From: an uncultured bacterium | GTDB lineage: Bacteria; Bacillota; Clostridia; Christensenellales; CAG-917 | Direction: 5' to 3' | Length of the DNA stretch: 64,000 nt | Assembly: GCA_949432885.1 (NCBI GenBank) | Contig: CASQXY010000002.1 | Location: 98,252 to 162,251 of the forward strand | Part shown: one piece after another, positions 1-9,065 of the stretch | Position numbering within the stretch: position 1 is the first letter of the stretch | How the letters are laid out: every line of letters starts with the position of its first letter | Made by a program: the position numbers and the translations under genes | The notes under the pieces: generated by a model | The model's input: the letters and a program-made list of their open reading frames with translations, nothing else | Databases searched by the model: none | What the model was told of the DNA's origin: nothing

Positions 1-873
1 TATTGTGTTTTTGCCTGCCGTAAGCCGTACGACTGTTTGGAAGCGCGCGGTCTTGTTGGGTTTTTTCTGCGGAGGGAAGTTCAGCTCGTATTCCTCGCCG
101 TCGTTGACCTTTATCACGAGATATTTTTCGTATTGCCCCTTCTTTTTTATGTTGACGGAAAGCACGTACTCGCCGTCTTCGTCCGCCTCAATATTGCCGT
201 AAACTATGCTCCCCAGATTGCCGTCCAAACCCGATACGTAGCTGCCGCAGCGCAGGGAGGTGTCCGTCATTTTGCGCGCAAGCCCGTGAAGCACGGCGTT
301 GTGTACGGAGTATTCGATCGGATGACCGTCGAATTTGGATACGCTTATGCTGTATACGAGCGGCGCGTAGCGGGATATGGGGATATTATGGCAAAAATCG
401 TATTTGAAATATTCGACGCCCCATTTCGCAAGAGTGTATGCGTCCGCCTTTTCTCTGCCTAAGCTGGCGGGCAAATCCTCGCAGGTGAGTGTGCCGTTGG
501 ACGTATAAGCGCCCAGTTTAAGCCCCAGCTTATTCACCTCGGATACGAGCCAAGGTATGCCGTGCGGAAACGCTTCTAGGTCTCCCTGCAAATCTCCGTT
601 TTCGTCGCGCATGGACGAATGCCAGTTGTCGTCCATGTTCAGATGAACGTAGCCAGCCTCAATCAAGCCGTTATTTTTCATCGCGCGCGCGGTTTCAAGT
701 ATCAGCGTTTCGTTTATGCGGTTGCGGAAGGTATTCCAGCTGGACCAACCCATAGGCGGCGTTTTCGGAGCGCCGTTTTCATAATCCGCGTATGTCGGTT
801 TCGCGCTTGTCGGCGGATTTTTGACGAACAGCTTGCGAAGATAGCATATAGGGCACATACCGTTTCTTTTCAT
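1..873 (-). CDS. alpha-galactosidase, GH27-like (N-terminal 291 codons; 3' end lies beyond base 1)
   Basis: Absent from the ORF track because no stop lies inside the window. The reverse complement from ATG 873-871 is open to base 1: MKRNGMCPICYLRK...TPPMGWSSWNTFRN...YVHLNMDDNWHS...WGVEYFKYDFCHN. PPMGW.SWN, DD.W and KYD.C resemble the GH27 melibiase signature blocks. Confidence 0.75.
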   Translation of the reverse strand, partial: MKRNGMCPICYLRKLFVKNPPTSAKPTYADYENGAPKTPPMGWSSWNTFRNRINETLILETARAMKNNGLIEAGYVHLNMDDNWHSSMRDENGDLQGDLEAFPHGIPWLVSEVNKLGLKLGAYTSNGTLTCEDLPASLGREKADAYTLAKWGVEYFKYDFCHNIPISRYAPLVYSISVSKFDGHPIEYSVHNAVLHGLARKMTDTSLRCGSYVSGLDGNLGSIVYGNIEADEDGEYVLSVNIKKKGQYEKYLVIKVNDGEEYELNFPPQKKPNKTARFQTVVRLTAGKNTI

Positions 874-917
874 AATTTCTCCGTTATTATTTCAGTATAA
901 TCTGTGTTTTAGGCAGG

Positions 918-1898
918 TTACGGCTGTTGTTCGCCGTTGTCGTTTGAATTGGAGCTGTCGCCGAGAGGGAATATCAGGCTGTAGTCGCCGCCAAGTACTT
1001 CGGGGAGCTTGCCGTCCCATTTCTCGTAGAACTGCTGTTTGAGCATGGCGTCCTTGACCTCTGCCGACAGCGCGCTCCATGCCCGTTGCATGATTTCAAG
1101 AGCTTCTGCGTCGCCCTTGGACTTTTCTATCACGGCTTCGGCCTCCTTCTTTGCGACTTCCAGAGCCTGTTCGGCCTGTATTATTGCTTTTTCCTTTTCA
1201 AATTGGGCTTTGAGCTTTTCCTGCTCGGCTATCATTTTATCCTCGACGGTTTTCTCGAAAGCGTCCGTGAAGGATATGTCGGTCAGAACCACGGTGTTTA
1301 TCGCCACGCAATAGCTGTCGGTTATCGCCGAGCGGATGGACGTCTCGATTGCGGGGCTGATTTCCGCGCGAGTTTCTATTATCGTCATCGCGGGCTTTTG
1401 CGCGAGTATAGCCTTTGCCTTTTCGATGGATACGACCTTTATTCTGCTGGACAGGTTGGTCAGATCGCCGTAGTTGTTGGCAATCTGAATGGCCTTGTCC
1501 GCGTAAATCTGATACTGTATCACCATTTGTATGTTCATCGTCTGACCGTCGCTGGAATATGTCTCGGTCTCTATGTCTATCTGCTGTACCTGCGAGTTGT
1601 ACATCAGATACTTTTTGGAGAACATATTATCCCAATAGGTGCCCGCGGTCCTAACGTATTTTGCGTCGCCCCATTCCTTGACGACAGCAACCTCGCCCGT
1701 TTCGACTACGCGGATGTTCCACGGTATAAAAGCGAAAAGCAGCACGAAAAGGACGGTTGCAGATACCGTGCCTATGCCTACCCATTTTCTTTTATTAGCG
1801 TTGGCGTATTTCATCTTGCGCAGCCAGATTCCTCCGCCGACTCCCGCTCCGATTGCGCAGAGCGCAAACAATATTGCCAAAACCGCTTTGATTGCCAT
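918..1898 (-). CDS. SPFH/band-7 (prohibitin/HflC-like) membrane protein
   Basis: ORF 918..1913. N-terminal TM helix, then an SPFH-like core (VVETGEVAVVKEWGDAKYV...) and a coiled coil (EQEKLKAQFEKEKAIIQAEQALEVAKKEAEA). GGAGG lies 8 nt upstream of the ATG at 1898, favouring that start over 1913. Confidence 0.8.
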   Translation of the reverse strand: MAIKAVLAILFALCAIGAGVGGGIWLRKMKYANANKRKWVGIGTVSATVLFVLLFAFIPWNIRVVETGEVAVVKEWGDAKYVRTAGTYWDNMFSKKYLMYNSQVQQIDIETETYSSDGQTMNIQMVIQYQIYADKAIQIANNYGDLTNLSSRIKVVSIEKAKAILAQKPAMTIIETRAEISPAIETSIRSAITDSYCVAINTVVLTDISFTDAFEKTVEDKMIAEQEKLKAQFEKEKAIIQAEQALEVAKKEAEAVIEKSKGDAEALEIMQRAWSALSAEVKDAMLKQQFYEKWDGKLPEVLGGDYSLIFPLGDSSNSNDNGEQQP

Positions 1899-2130
1899 TC
1901 TTATTTCCTCCAAAGATAAGTTGTCAGTAAATTATAAAATATTTTATAATCATAATCAAGATATTTTCATACGTCTTAGGCCATTTCCGCTTGATACGAT
2001 TACCTATATATCAGAATACTTACTTATAAAATCAGACTATAATCGTGTTTTCCATGAATTTCTTGACTTTTACGCTTGCTTGTCGGATATAATATGGTAT
2101 AATCATATTCCCGAAAGGGTCGCGTATTGC

Positions 2131-2494
2131 GGGGGTGTACTGGATTCGACATTCGCTCCTAGGCGGTATAAGCACGTCGTAGGCTCGTCTACGTTAAAAC
2201 GGAACGCAAAAAATTAAACGCGAATAAAACTCAAAAGAGCTCCTCTATGGAGTTCGCTCTCGCCGCATAATTTAGTCGGCGCGTCGCCCCGGGGTTTTCT
2301 GTTCCCTCGGCAAGCGGCGTCAGAAAAACAGACAACGCGCTTCGAGCGTCCGGTAGAAGCGCTGTCATTTCGGACTCATCAATGAGAGGTTTGCAGTTGA
2401 ACCGACCTGCGAAAAATTCAATCACCTGCTAAACGTGTAGAAAGTGCCGAGGAAGGGCGTATGGACCGGGGTTCGACTCCCCGCACTTCCACCA
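2131..2494 (+). ncRNA. ssrA: tmRNA (transfer-messenger RNA)
   Basis: 5' GGGGGTGTACTGGATTCGAC and 3' GGACCGGGGTTCGACTCCCCGCACTTCCACCA are the canonical tRNA-like ends. Acceptor stem GGGGGUG/CACUUCC includes a G3:U pair. The internal tag frame 2220-2270 reads ANKTQKSSSMEFALAA followed by TAA, a typical ...ALAA degradation tag. Confidence 0.93.
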
Positions 2495-2497
2495 GTC

Positions 2498-2545
2498 GCA
2501 ATCTAAATCGAACTATCTTGTTTGGTTTAGGTTGCTTTTATTTTG
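2498..2545 (+). terminator. intrinsic terminator after tmRNA
   Basis: Stem GCAATCTAAA (2498-2507) / TTTAGGTTGC (2526-2535) with one G:U pair, followed by TTTTATTTT. Confidence 0.55.
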
Positions 2546-2762
2546 GTCAACTTCATTCGCAAAACGTTTTACGCCGATTAGTTTGAAATATTTGTGCCAG
2601 TTTTATCTTGCTTCACAAATTGTCACGCACTGCGCGACCAATTGAGTTGGACAAATTACAACGATGGTGAGCCGCCGTGGGGATATACGATGCAACTTGT
2701 CGAAACGATATGATTATAATAGCTGTTTGAAAATTAATAGCTAACCGTTTAGATATCCTAAA

Positions 2763-2996
2763 TTACAAGTTTTCGTTTATAAGCTCGTCTGCGGTCACTT
2801 TGAATATCGAGCACAGCCTGCGCAGCATTTCGATATTAGGTTCGGTGCGGTCTTGCTCCCGGTTGGCATAACAGCTTTCTACTACGCCCAGGATCATAGC
2901 GACCTGCTTTTGAGTCATTCCGCGCTCCGCACGCGCGGTTTTGAGATTGATGCAAAACGTTTTATCCATATAACTATTATTCGCGCCGCTAGACAA
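2763..2996 (-). CDS. XRE-family helix-turn-helix transcriptional regulator
   Basis: 77-aa ORF with an HTH_3-like core: LKTARAERGMTQKQVAMILGVVESCYANREQDRTEPNIEMLRRLCSIFKVTADEL. The ORF-track start at 2996 is TTG. The ATG at 2969 is an equally plausible start. Confidence 0.85.
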   Translation of the reverse strand: MSSGANNSYMDKTFCINLKTARAERGMTQKQVAMILGVVESCYANREQDRTEPNIEMLRRLCSIFKVTADELINENL

Positions 2997-3002
2997 AACG
3001 TC

Positions 3003-3055
3003 TTGACACTAGACAATTTATCTAGTAAAATTTGTAATTGCAATATAATTGTCTA
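3003..3055 (+). promoter_or_regulatory. sigma-A-type promoter of the LRR lipoprotein gene, overlapped by an inverted repeat (candidate XRE operator)
   Basis: TTGACA (3003-3008), 17-nt spacer, TAAAAT (3026-3031). TAGACAATT (3010-3018) is repeated inverted as AATTGTCTA (3047-3055), bracketing the -10 region in the divergent intergenic space. Confidence 0.55.
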
Positions 3056-3089
3056 TTAAGTAAAATATTTATATAAGGAGAGGCGCGCT

Positions 3090-5624
3090 ATGAAAAAGAA
3101 ATGTTTTATCACATTGATTGTTGCAATCATAATGCTTGTTTTTGTTTTCGTACTGGCGGCTTGCGACGGTGCGGCCGATACCTGCGACAATGCCGATAAG
3201 GGAATAAAGCCGCCCTCTATCGGTGACCACAACGATAACGTAGTGAAGTTGCCCGATATTGACAATCCTACCGTTGAAAATCCCGATGTAAACGCGGGAG
3301 GGAACGGCGCGGATAAAGCGCTTACCTTGGATACAGCATACATACAGGCGGCTGAATTCGGTTATGCGGGCAGCCGAGAGGAATTTGTTGCGACTGTGAG
3401 CGCGGGCAGCAGCGCCGATGTTGACGTACAGTCCGTAAGCGTAAACGACAGCGGCAATGTTATCGTCACGCTTACAAACGGGAAAACCGTCGATCTCGGC
3501 GCGATAGTGTGCGTACACAGATATTCCGATTGGGAGGTAGGGATAGCTCCTACGTGCTCCTCTCTGGGTTACAACTTGCGCATTTGCGATAAGTGCGGCG
3601 ACAAGGATTATGATTTTATCGAGGCAACGGGTCACGTATGGGACGACGGAAAAGTTGTAATCGAGCCGCTTTGCTACAAGGACGGCACTACGCTGTATAA
3701 CTGCACGAAGTGCGGCGCGGCGAAATCAGAGACGGCGGAAATGCTGGGACATAACTACGTAAACGGCGTTTGCGACAGATGCAAGGAGATTGAACCCGAC
3801 GAATGTCTTCGATTCTATCTGAATGACGATGGGACGCATTATATAGTAGATGGAAAATACGAATATCAGGATATTGCCGTGTCGGTCGTTATACCGAGCG
3901 TATACAACGGAATTTCGGTTAAAGAGATTTACAGCAGTGCGTTCAGTAATTATACAAAACTTCGCAAAGTTGTGATATCCGAGGGAATTGAAACTATAAG
4001 TGACCATGCGTTCAGAAACTGCGGAGTACTTGAAAGTGTCAGTATTCCCGAAGGCGTAACTCGTATGGGTAATATGGTATTTATGCATTCAAGTATACAA
4101 AGCATACATCTTCCCCAAAGTCTTACGTCCATAGGCAGGGATTTGGCTATCATGTGCGAGAATCTTGACTATATCGAGGTCGCGGAAGGAAACCCCGTAT
4201 ATCATAGCGCTGACAACTGTCTTATAGAAACGGAAAGCAAGGCGGTAATCTTGGGAACAAACAATAGCGTAATTCCCAAAGATGGCAGCGTCACTTCTAT
4301 CAAAAAGTTTGCCTTTATGGGAAGAACGGGGCTTACGAGCATAAATATTCCGTCGAGTATAACTCAGATAGAAAGCCGCGCATTCGAGCGTTGTTACAGA
4401 CTTGCGGAGGTGTACAACTACTCAGATCTGGATATCGTAGCAGGAAGTTCTGCCAATGGCGGCGGTGTTTCGTACTATGCATTGTACGTATACGGAATAG
4501 ATGATGACGGAAGCAAGCTCATTTCGACGGCGGACGGTTACGTTTTCGACGAGAAAGACGGAGTATATCAGCTTGTAGGTTATCGCGGAAATGAGACGGA
4601 TTTGACGTTGCCCTCCGACATACTGGATCACGATTATACTGTCCGCAACTATGCTTTTTACGGCACGGATATAACGAGCGTAGTCATTCCCGACAGCCTT
4701 GCGGATTTGGGAACGTACACGTTCAAAAATTGCCGCAAGCTCAGAAGCGTACAGCTCGGCAGCGGATTAAACGAAATCGGAGTGAGCGTCTTTGAGAGCT
4801 CCGGAATAGAGAGCATAGTTATCCCGGACAGTATCGCGGCAATAGGCATGTGCGCATTCTGTGAATGTGAAAATCTGCGCAGCGTTCAGTTTGGGAAAGG
4901 TATAACGAAAATCGGGTACAGAGCGTTCGATTATTCGGGACTTCAAAGCATTGTTCTCCCTGACAGCGTGACGGAAATCGGCAGTAGCGTTTTTGACAAT
5001 TGCGCTTCGCTTGAAAGCGTGATCTTGAGTAAGAATATAACCGCAATTCCCGAATATGCGTTTGAGAGATGCAAAGTCCTCAGATATATCGAATTGCCCG
5101 AAGGAATTACCGTTATAGGTCAAGACGCATTCAGCTATTCCGCACTTGAAAGCATAGTCATTCCAAACAGCGTAACTCAAATCGGGCAGGATGCTTTCTA
5201 TTATTGCCGCAGTCTGAAAAAAGCTGTCTTAGGAAAAGGGATTACCGAGATTCCCGCAGGATTGTTCCGCTATTGCGGAAGTCTTGAAAAGGTGAATTTC
5301 GTCGGCGATATTACGCTTATCGGGAATAATGCGTTCTATAAATGTGAAAGTCTCAAATATGTTGTCATACCCGAGAGCGTAACTCAAATCGGAAAATTCG
5401 CTTTCTTCGGCTGCGACAGCCTTAAAAACGTAATATTCGAAGATGCGACGGGTTGGAGCCGCACATATACGGAAGAGGGCTCATCTCCAGAAGCCGTTGC
5501 GGAAGAGACGATTGCCGATACGGAAGATGCGGCTAAACTGCTCAAATGGGGCATCGCCGGATATTATTCGTACAGCTACGTATGGATGAAGCAACCCGCC
5601 GGCGAAAGCGATAACGCGGCATGA
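3090..5624 (+). CDS. BspA-type leucine-rich-repeat (LRR_5-like) lipoprotein with Cys-rich N-terminal repeats
   Basis: 844 aa. Lipoprotein signal MKKKCFITLIVAIIMLVFVFVLAAC (lipobox LAAC). Cys-rich module (CSSLGYNLRICDKCGD..., CYKDGTTLYNCTKCGA..., VCDRCKE). More than 15 repeats of the form I.IP.SVT.IG..AF..C..L. AGGAGAGG RBS precedes the ATG. Confidence 0.88.
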   Translation: MKKKCFITLIVAIIMLVFVFVLAACDGAADTCDNADKGIKPPSIGDHNDNVVKLPDIDNPTVENPDVNAGGNGADKALTLDTAYIQAAEFGYAGSREEFVATVSAGSSADVDVQSVSVNDSGNVIVTLTNGKTVDLGAIVCVHRYSDWEVGIAPTCSSLGYNLRICDKCGDKDYDFIEATGHVWDDGKVVIEPLCYKDGTTLYNCTKCGAAKSETAEMLGHNYVNGVCDRCKEIEPDECLRFYLNDDGTHYIVDGKYEYQDIAVSVVIPSVYNGISVKEIYSSAFSNYTKLRKVVISEGIETISDHAFRNCGVLESVSIPEGVTRMGNMVFMHSSIQSIHLPQSLTSIGRDLAIMCENLDYIEVAEGNPVYHSADNCLIETESKAVILGTNNSVIPKDGSVTSIKKFAFMGRTGLTSINIPSSITQIESRAFERCYRLAEVYNYSDLDIVAGSSANGGGVSYYALYVYGIDDDGSKLISTADGYVFDEKDGVYQLVGYRGNETDLTLPSDILDHDYTVRNYAFYGTDITSVVIPDSLADLGTYTFKNCRKLRSVQLGSGLNEIGVSVFESSGIESIVIPDSIAAIGMCAFCECENLRSVQFGKGITKIGYRAFDYSGLQSIVLPDSVTEIGSSVFDNCASLESVILSKNITAIPEYAFERCKVLRYIELPEGITVIGQDAFSYSALESIVIPNSVTQIGQDAFYYCRSLKKAVLGKGITEIPAGLFRYCGSLEKVNFVGDITLIGNNAFYKCESLKYVVIPESVTQIGKFAFFGCDSLKNVIFEDATGWSRTYTEEGSSPEAVAEETIADTEDAAKLLKWGIAGYYSYSYVWMKQPAGESDNAA

Positions 5625-5650
5625 ACAAGATCCGTAAATTGTGAATAAAT

Positions 5651-5677
5651 AAAAACAACGGCGACACCGTTGTTTTT
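5651..5677. terminator. bidirectional intrinsic terminator between the LRR gene and spo0A
   Basis: AAAAACAACGG-CGACA-CCGTTGTTTTT: perfect stem with A-run and T-run flanks. Confidence 0.8.
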
Positions 5678-5722
5678 ATTTTGTCCGTTTAGATTACGGT
5701 TTTGTTGGGTTGTATGCAATTT

Positions 5723-6475
5723 TTATGCGGATTCAAGCATCAGCTTGTCCGCGATAAGGGCTATAAATTCGCCGTTTGTGGGTTTTTCGTTGGGAGAATA
5801 AATTTTTATTCCGAAAATATTGTTGATATTCTCGATTTTGCCTCTGTTCCAAGCGACTTCTATGGCGTGACGTATTGCGCGTTCCACTTTGGAAGGCGAG
5901 GTTTGATAGCGTTCCGCGATGCCGGGATACAGTCTTTTTGTTATGGAATTGATGATATCGGGCGTTTCGATTGTCATTTTTATCGCTTCTCTTAAAAACT
6001 GATATCCCTTTATATGCGCGGGTATTCCGACGGATATAAACAGATTGGCAATTTTCTCGTCTATTGTGCGAATGCGCTTAGAGGTGGGAGGGGCCTTGTG
6101 CGCGACGGGCTGTTGAGGCTGGTTGAGCTCGTTCAGAAGATTGAGCAGGCGATTGTAATCCAACGGTTTTGCGAGGAAATAGCTGGCGCCGTATTGCATA
6201 GCTTTTTGTACGAATCCGTCCGTTGCGAGCTGAGACATCATTATTACGACGGGGCGCTTGCCTTCAATCGAGCTGAGCACGCCGAAGCCGTCCAGTTCGG
6301 GCATGACAATGTCGAGCAGCAGGAAGTCGGGGTCTTCCGATTCGAGCAAGGTGAGGGCTTCTACACCGCTTGCGGCCAGTCCCACAACGTCGTATGCTTC
6401 TTGCGAAGCAAAAAAGTCTTTAAGACTGTTGCAAAGAGCAAGGTTGTCGTCTGCTATCAAAATTTTCTTTTTCAT
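5723..6475 (-). CDS. spo0A: sporulation master response regulator Spo0A
   Basis: 250 aa. Receiver domain (ILIADDN...DFLLLDIVMPELDG). Spo0A-specific C-terminal signatures IPAHIKGYQFLREAI, SPSKVERAIRHAIEVAW and KPTNGEFIA. Confidence 0.95.
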   Translation of the reverse strand: MKKKILIADDNLALCNSLKDFFASQEAYDVVGLAASGVEALTLLESEDPDFLLLDIVMPELDGFGVLSSIEGKRPVVIMMSQLATDGFVQKAMQYGASYFLAKPLDYNRLLNLLNELNQPQQPVAHKAPPTSKRIRTIDEKIANLFISVGIPAHIKGYQFLREAIKMTIETPDIINSITKRLYPGIAERYQTSPSKVERAIRHAIEVAWNRGKIENINNIFGIKIYSPNEKPTNGEFIALIADKLMLESA

Positions 6476-6795
6476 AGTTTCTCCCTTTTAGGTGATATTT
6501 ATTTTTTTTTGTTTTTTACGGTATTATTTTAGCATAACGAATTATCGGCGAAAGAGAAAAATAACTCGTAAAGAGTTGAATTTTGTCTAATTTGCGAATA
6601 AATTGTCTTTATGGTAAACTCCGAAGCAAAACATGCAATTTTTTGAAGTTTATAGTCCGATTTTAGGACTTATTCGCGGCTTTTTCAACTATTATTTTAA
6701 TCATTTTTTAACTTTGCTATATCTTGTGAAATAGTGTAAAAACAACCACAAGATAACTTCGCGCAAAAAATTTTTTGTAAATACGCATAATTCGG

Positions 6796-6824
6796 TTTAC
6801 ATAATTTCATCTTATCAATATAAT
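6796..6824 (+). promoter_or_regulatory. sigma-A-type promoter for the acidic zinc-ribbon gene
   Basis: TTTACA (6796-6801), 17-nt spacer, TATAAT (6819-6824). This places the transcription start near 6831, downstream of the ORF-track start codon at 6827 and upstream of the 6854 ATG. Confidence 0.55.
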
Positions 6825-6853
6825 ATATGAAAATTAAACCTCAGAGGTCGGAA

Positions 6854-7318
6854 ATGGGAAGATATAAGAAATGCCCTCGCTGCGAGCTGAATTGGATTGC
6901 GCAGGAAGAAGAGCTGTGCGAAGTATGCAAAGCGCAGATGGGCAAAGCGAGCAAGATAAGTCTGCTCGAAGAGGATGACGACGACATCATTGATTTGAGC
7001 GAAAGGATTTGTCCCGTATGCAAGATAAACTATCTTGAAGCGGATGAGGATATCTGTCAAGCGTGCAGAGCGGAGCGCGCGGAGAAGGAAACCGATAAGA
7101 GCGAAGATGACAACTGGGAGGAGTATATCGACGACGAGGAACAGCTCGGCGACTCCGACGCCGGCGAGGTTTCGCTTTCTCAGTTGCAGGAGGAAGAGGA
7201 AGAAGAGGACGACGAGGAGGAATCTCCCATCGACGATTTCGAGGAGCTGGACGAGGAAGCTATTCTCGAATTGGGCGACGATGACGAAGAGGACCCCGAC
7301 GATGACGACGATTTTTAA
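6854..7318 (+). CDS. small double zinc-ribbon protein with an extremely acidic C-terminal tail (function unknown)
   Basis: ORF 6827..7318. The ATG at 6854 has an AGAGG RBS and lies downstream of the predicted promoter. Two CxxC-N13-16-CxxC units (CPRC...CEVC, CPVC...CQAC). By hand count, 45 of the last 78 residues are D/E. Confidence 0.8.
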   Translation: MGRYKKCPRCELNWIAQEEELCEVCKAQMGKASKISLLEEDDDDIIDLSERICPVCKINYLEADEDICQACRAERAEKETDKSEDDNWEEYIDDEEQLGDSDAGEVSLSQLQEEEEEEDDEEESPIDDFEELDEEAILELGDDDEEDPDDDDDF

Positions 7319-7452
7319 TTTCGGCGCGGAACGAATGATAAACTGAAAGCGGATATTTATATTTCGGAAGAAGAAATATGATTTGCAGAAGACGGAAGGG
7401 AAAGGTATGTGAAAGAGCATGCCTTTTACTTTTGTCACTTTCCCGCTTTTTG

Positions 7453-7481
7453 TTGCACTATTATTGTATTTATGATATAAA
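7453..7481 (+). promoter_or_regulatory. sigma-A-type promoter upstream of proS
   Basis: TTGCAC (7453-7458), 17-nt spacer, TATAAA (7476-7481). It is preceded by a weak hairpin with a T-run (GGGAAAG 7398-7404 / CTTTCCC 7438-7444, then GCTTTTTGTT) that may terminate the upstream gene. Confidence 0.45.
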
Positions 7482-7543
7482 ATACTTATATTTGAGTTTA
7501 ACGTGCGCTCACGCGTGCGAGCTCGCAAATCGAGGACAGGATA

Positions 7544-9010
7544 ATGGCAAAAGGACAGAAAGACAATCAGTTCGTCAAGGAAATCGCCGATATGTCGGCG
7601 GATTTTCCGCAGTGGTATACTGACGTCGTATTGAAGACTCAGCTTGTAGATTACGGTCCCGTCAAGGGAACAATGGTCATTCGTCCCTACGGATACGAGA
7701 TATGGGAGCGCATACAGGAAGAGCTGAACAGGCGCTTCAAGGAGACGGGGCACAAAAACGCGTATTTCCCGATGCTGATTCCGTATAGTTATTTGGTTAA
7801 GGAAGCCGACCACGTGGAGGGCTTTGCGCCCGAAGTCGCGCTCGTCACGCATATCGGGGACACTCCGCTTGAAGAACAGCTTGTGGTGCGTCCCACTTCC
7901 GAGACGATAATCTGCTCGATGTACTCCAAATGGGTGCAGAGCTACCGCGATTTGCCCGTGCTCATAAACCAGTGGGCGAACGTAGTTCGTTGGGAAAAGA
8001 CCACGCGTCCGTTTCTGCGCACAAGCGAATTTCTGTGGCAGGAGGGACATACCCTTCACAGAACGGAAGAGGAAGCGAGGGAGGAAACGCTCAAAATGCT
8101 CGAAGTGTATCGGGAGTTTATGCAAAACGTACTCGCAATAGACGTGCTTACGGGCGTAAAGACGGAAAAGGAGAAGTTCGCGGGCGCGGTCGATACCTAT
8201 TCCATGGAAGCAATGATGTTGGATGGCAAATCCTTGCAGGCGGGCACCTCCCACTATCTCGGACAGAATTTCGCTTCCGCTTTTGAAATCAAGTATTTGG
8301 ACAGCGACGGACAGCTCAAAAACCCCTATCAGACGAGCTGGGGCGTATCCACCCGTCTTATAGGCGCGCTTATCATGGCGCACGGCGACCAGCGCGGGCT
8401 CAAACTTCCGCCGAGAGTCGCGCCGATACAAGTCGTTATCGTGCCCGTCGCGTTCCATAAGGAAGGCGTGCTCGAAAAGGCAAGGGAAACGGCGGAGCGG
8501 CTAAAAGCCGCGGGCGTGCGCGTAGAGCTTGACGACAGAGACCAGTCTCCCGGATGGAAGTTTAATGAATGGGAGATGAAGGGCGTGCCCGTGCGTATAG
8601 AAATAGGACCGCGCGATATAGAAAACGGTCAGGCGGTCGCGGTGCGCCGCGATACGCATGAAAAGAGCTTTTTGGCGCTCGATACTCTTGCTGAGTCGAT
8701 AACCGCATTGCTCGACGACGTGCACGAGAACATGTTCAGACAGTCGCACGAGTTCCTCCATTCGCACATAGACGTCTGCGCGGATATGACAGAGATGAAA
8801 GAATCTCTTGACAAAGGTCACTTTGTAAAGACCACTTGGTGCGGCTCGCGCGAGTGCGAGGACCGTATAAAGACGGAGTATTCCGCAACGGCGCGAGTGC
8901 TTCCCTTCGACAGGACTGCGGTAGGCGACAGGTGCGTGTGCTGCGGCAAACATCTCGGAGAGGAAGAGAGGGCGAAGGGCGGAACGGTTTACTTTGCCAA
9001 GAGCTATTAA
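7544..9010 (+). CDS. proS: prolyl-tRNA synthetase (archaeal/eukaryote-like short form)
   Basis: 488 aa. FPQWYTDVVLKTQLVDYGPVKGTMVIRPYG, class II motifs (VRPTSET, FLWQEGHT), C-terminal zinc-binding domain (CGSRECE...CVCCG). GAGGA RBS. Confidence 0.93.
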   Translation: MAKGQKDNQFVKEIADMSADFPQWYTDVVLKTQLVDYGPVKGTMVIRPYGYEIWERIQEELNRRFKETGHKNAYFPMLIPYSYLVKEADHVEGFAPEVALVTHIGDTPLEEQLVVRPTSETIICSMYSKWVQSYRDLPVLINQWANVVRWEKTTRPFLRTSEFLWQEGHTLHRTEEEAREETLKMLEVYREFMQNVLAIDVLTGVKTEKEKFAGAVDTYSMEAMMLDGKSLQAGTSHYLGQNFASAFEIKYLDSDGQLKNPYQTSWGVSTRLIGALIMAHGDQRGLKLPPRVAPIQVVIVPVAFHKEGVLEKARETAERLKAAGVRVELDDRDQSPGWKFNEWEMKGVPVRIEIGPRDIENGQAVAVRRDTHEKSFLALDTLAESITALLDDVHENMFRQSHEFLHSHIDVCADMTEMKESLDKGHFVKTTWCGSRECEDRIKTEYSATARVLPFDRTAVGDRCVCCGKHLGEEERAKGGTVYFAKSY

Positions 9011-9065
9011 GCGTAAATTCGTATATTTTCCTTTTTGTTGTCTCACTCTAATGCAGAGGTGAACG

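Noticed and set aside
2231-2425. 64-aa minus-strand ORF.
   Set aside because: It lies entirely inside the tmRNA gene.
2495-5720. Prophage or integrative element at the ssrA 3' end.
   Set aside because: No integrase, excisionase or phage genes are present, and I found no direct repeat of the ssrA 3' end. Only two genes are present, so it is reported merely as a possible remnant islet.
6476-6795. Spo0A 0A boxes or a sigma-H promoter upstream of spo0A.
   Set aside because: Only near-misses to TGNCGAA / TTCGNCA were found (for example TTCGCAA and CCGCGAA). These are not reliable enough by eye.
7319-7543. Possible T-box or riboswitch leader upstream of proS.
   Set aside because: There is no T-box sequence (..GGTGGTACCGCG..) and no specifier or antiterminator architecture. 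Only a weak hairpin plus a promoter-like element is present.
6815-8458. 547-aa minus-strand ORF. Similar long antisense ORFs occur at 37901-39763, 43383-44837, 55215-56543, 10250-11320, 62577-63680 and 40659-41576.
   Set aside because: Each lies antisense to a gene with unambiguous family motifs (proS, glgC/glgD, ABC, gltX, tkt, carB, glgA). Their translations are R/H/V/L-rich low-information strings without motifs or an RBS. They are a typical artefact of stop-poor antisense frames in GC-biased coding DNA.
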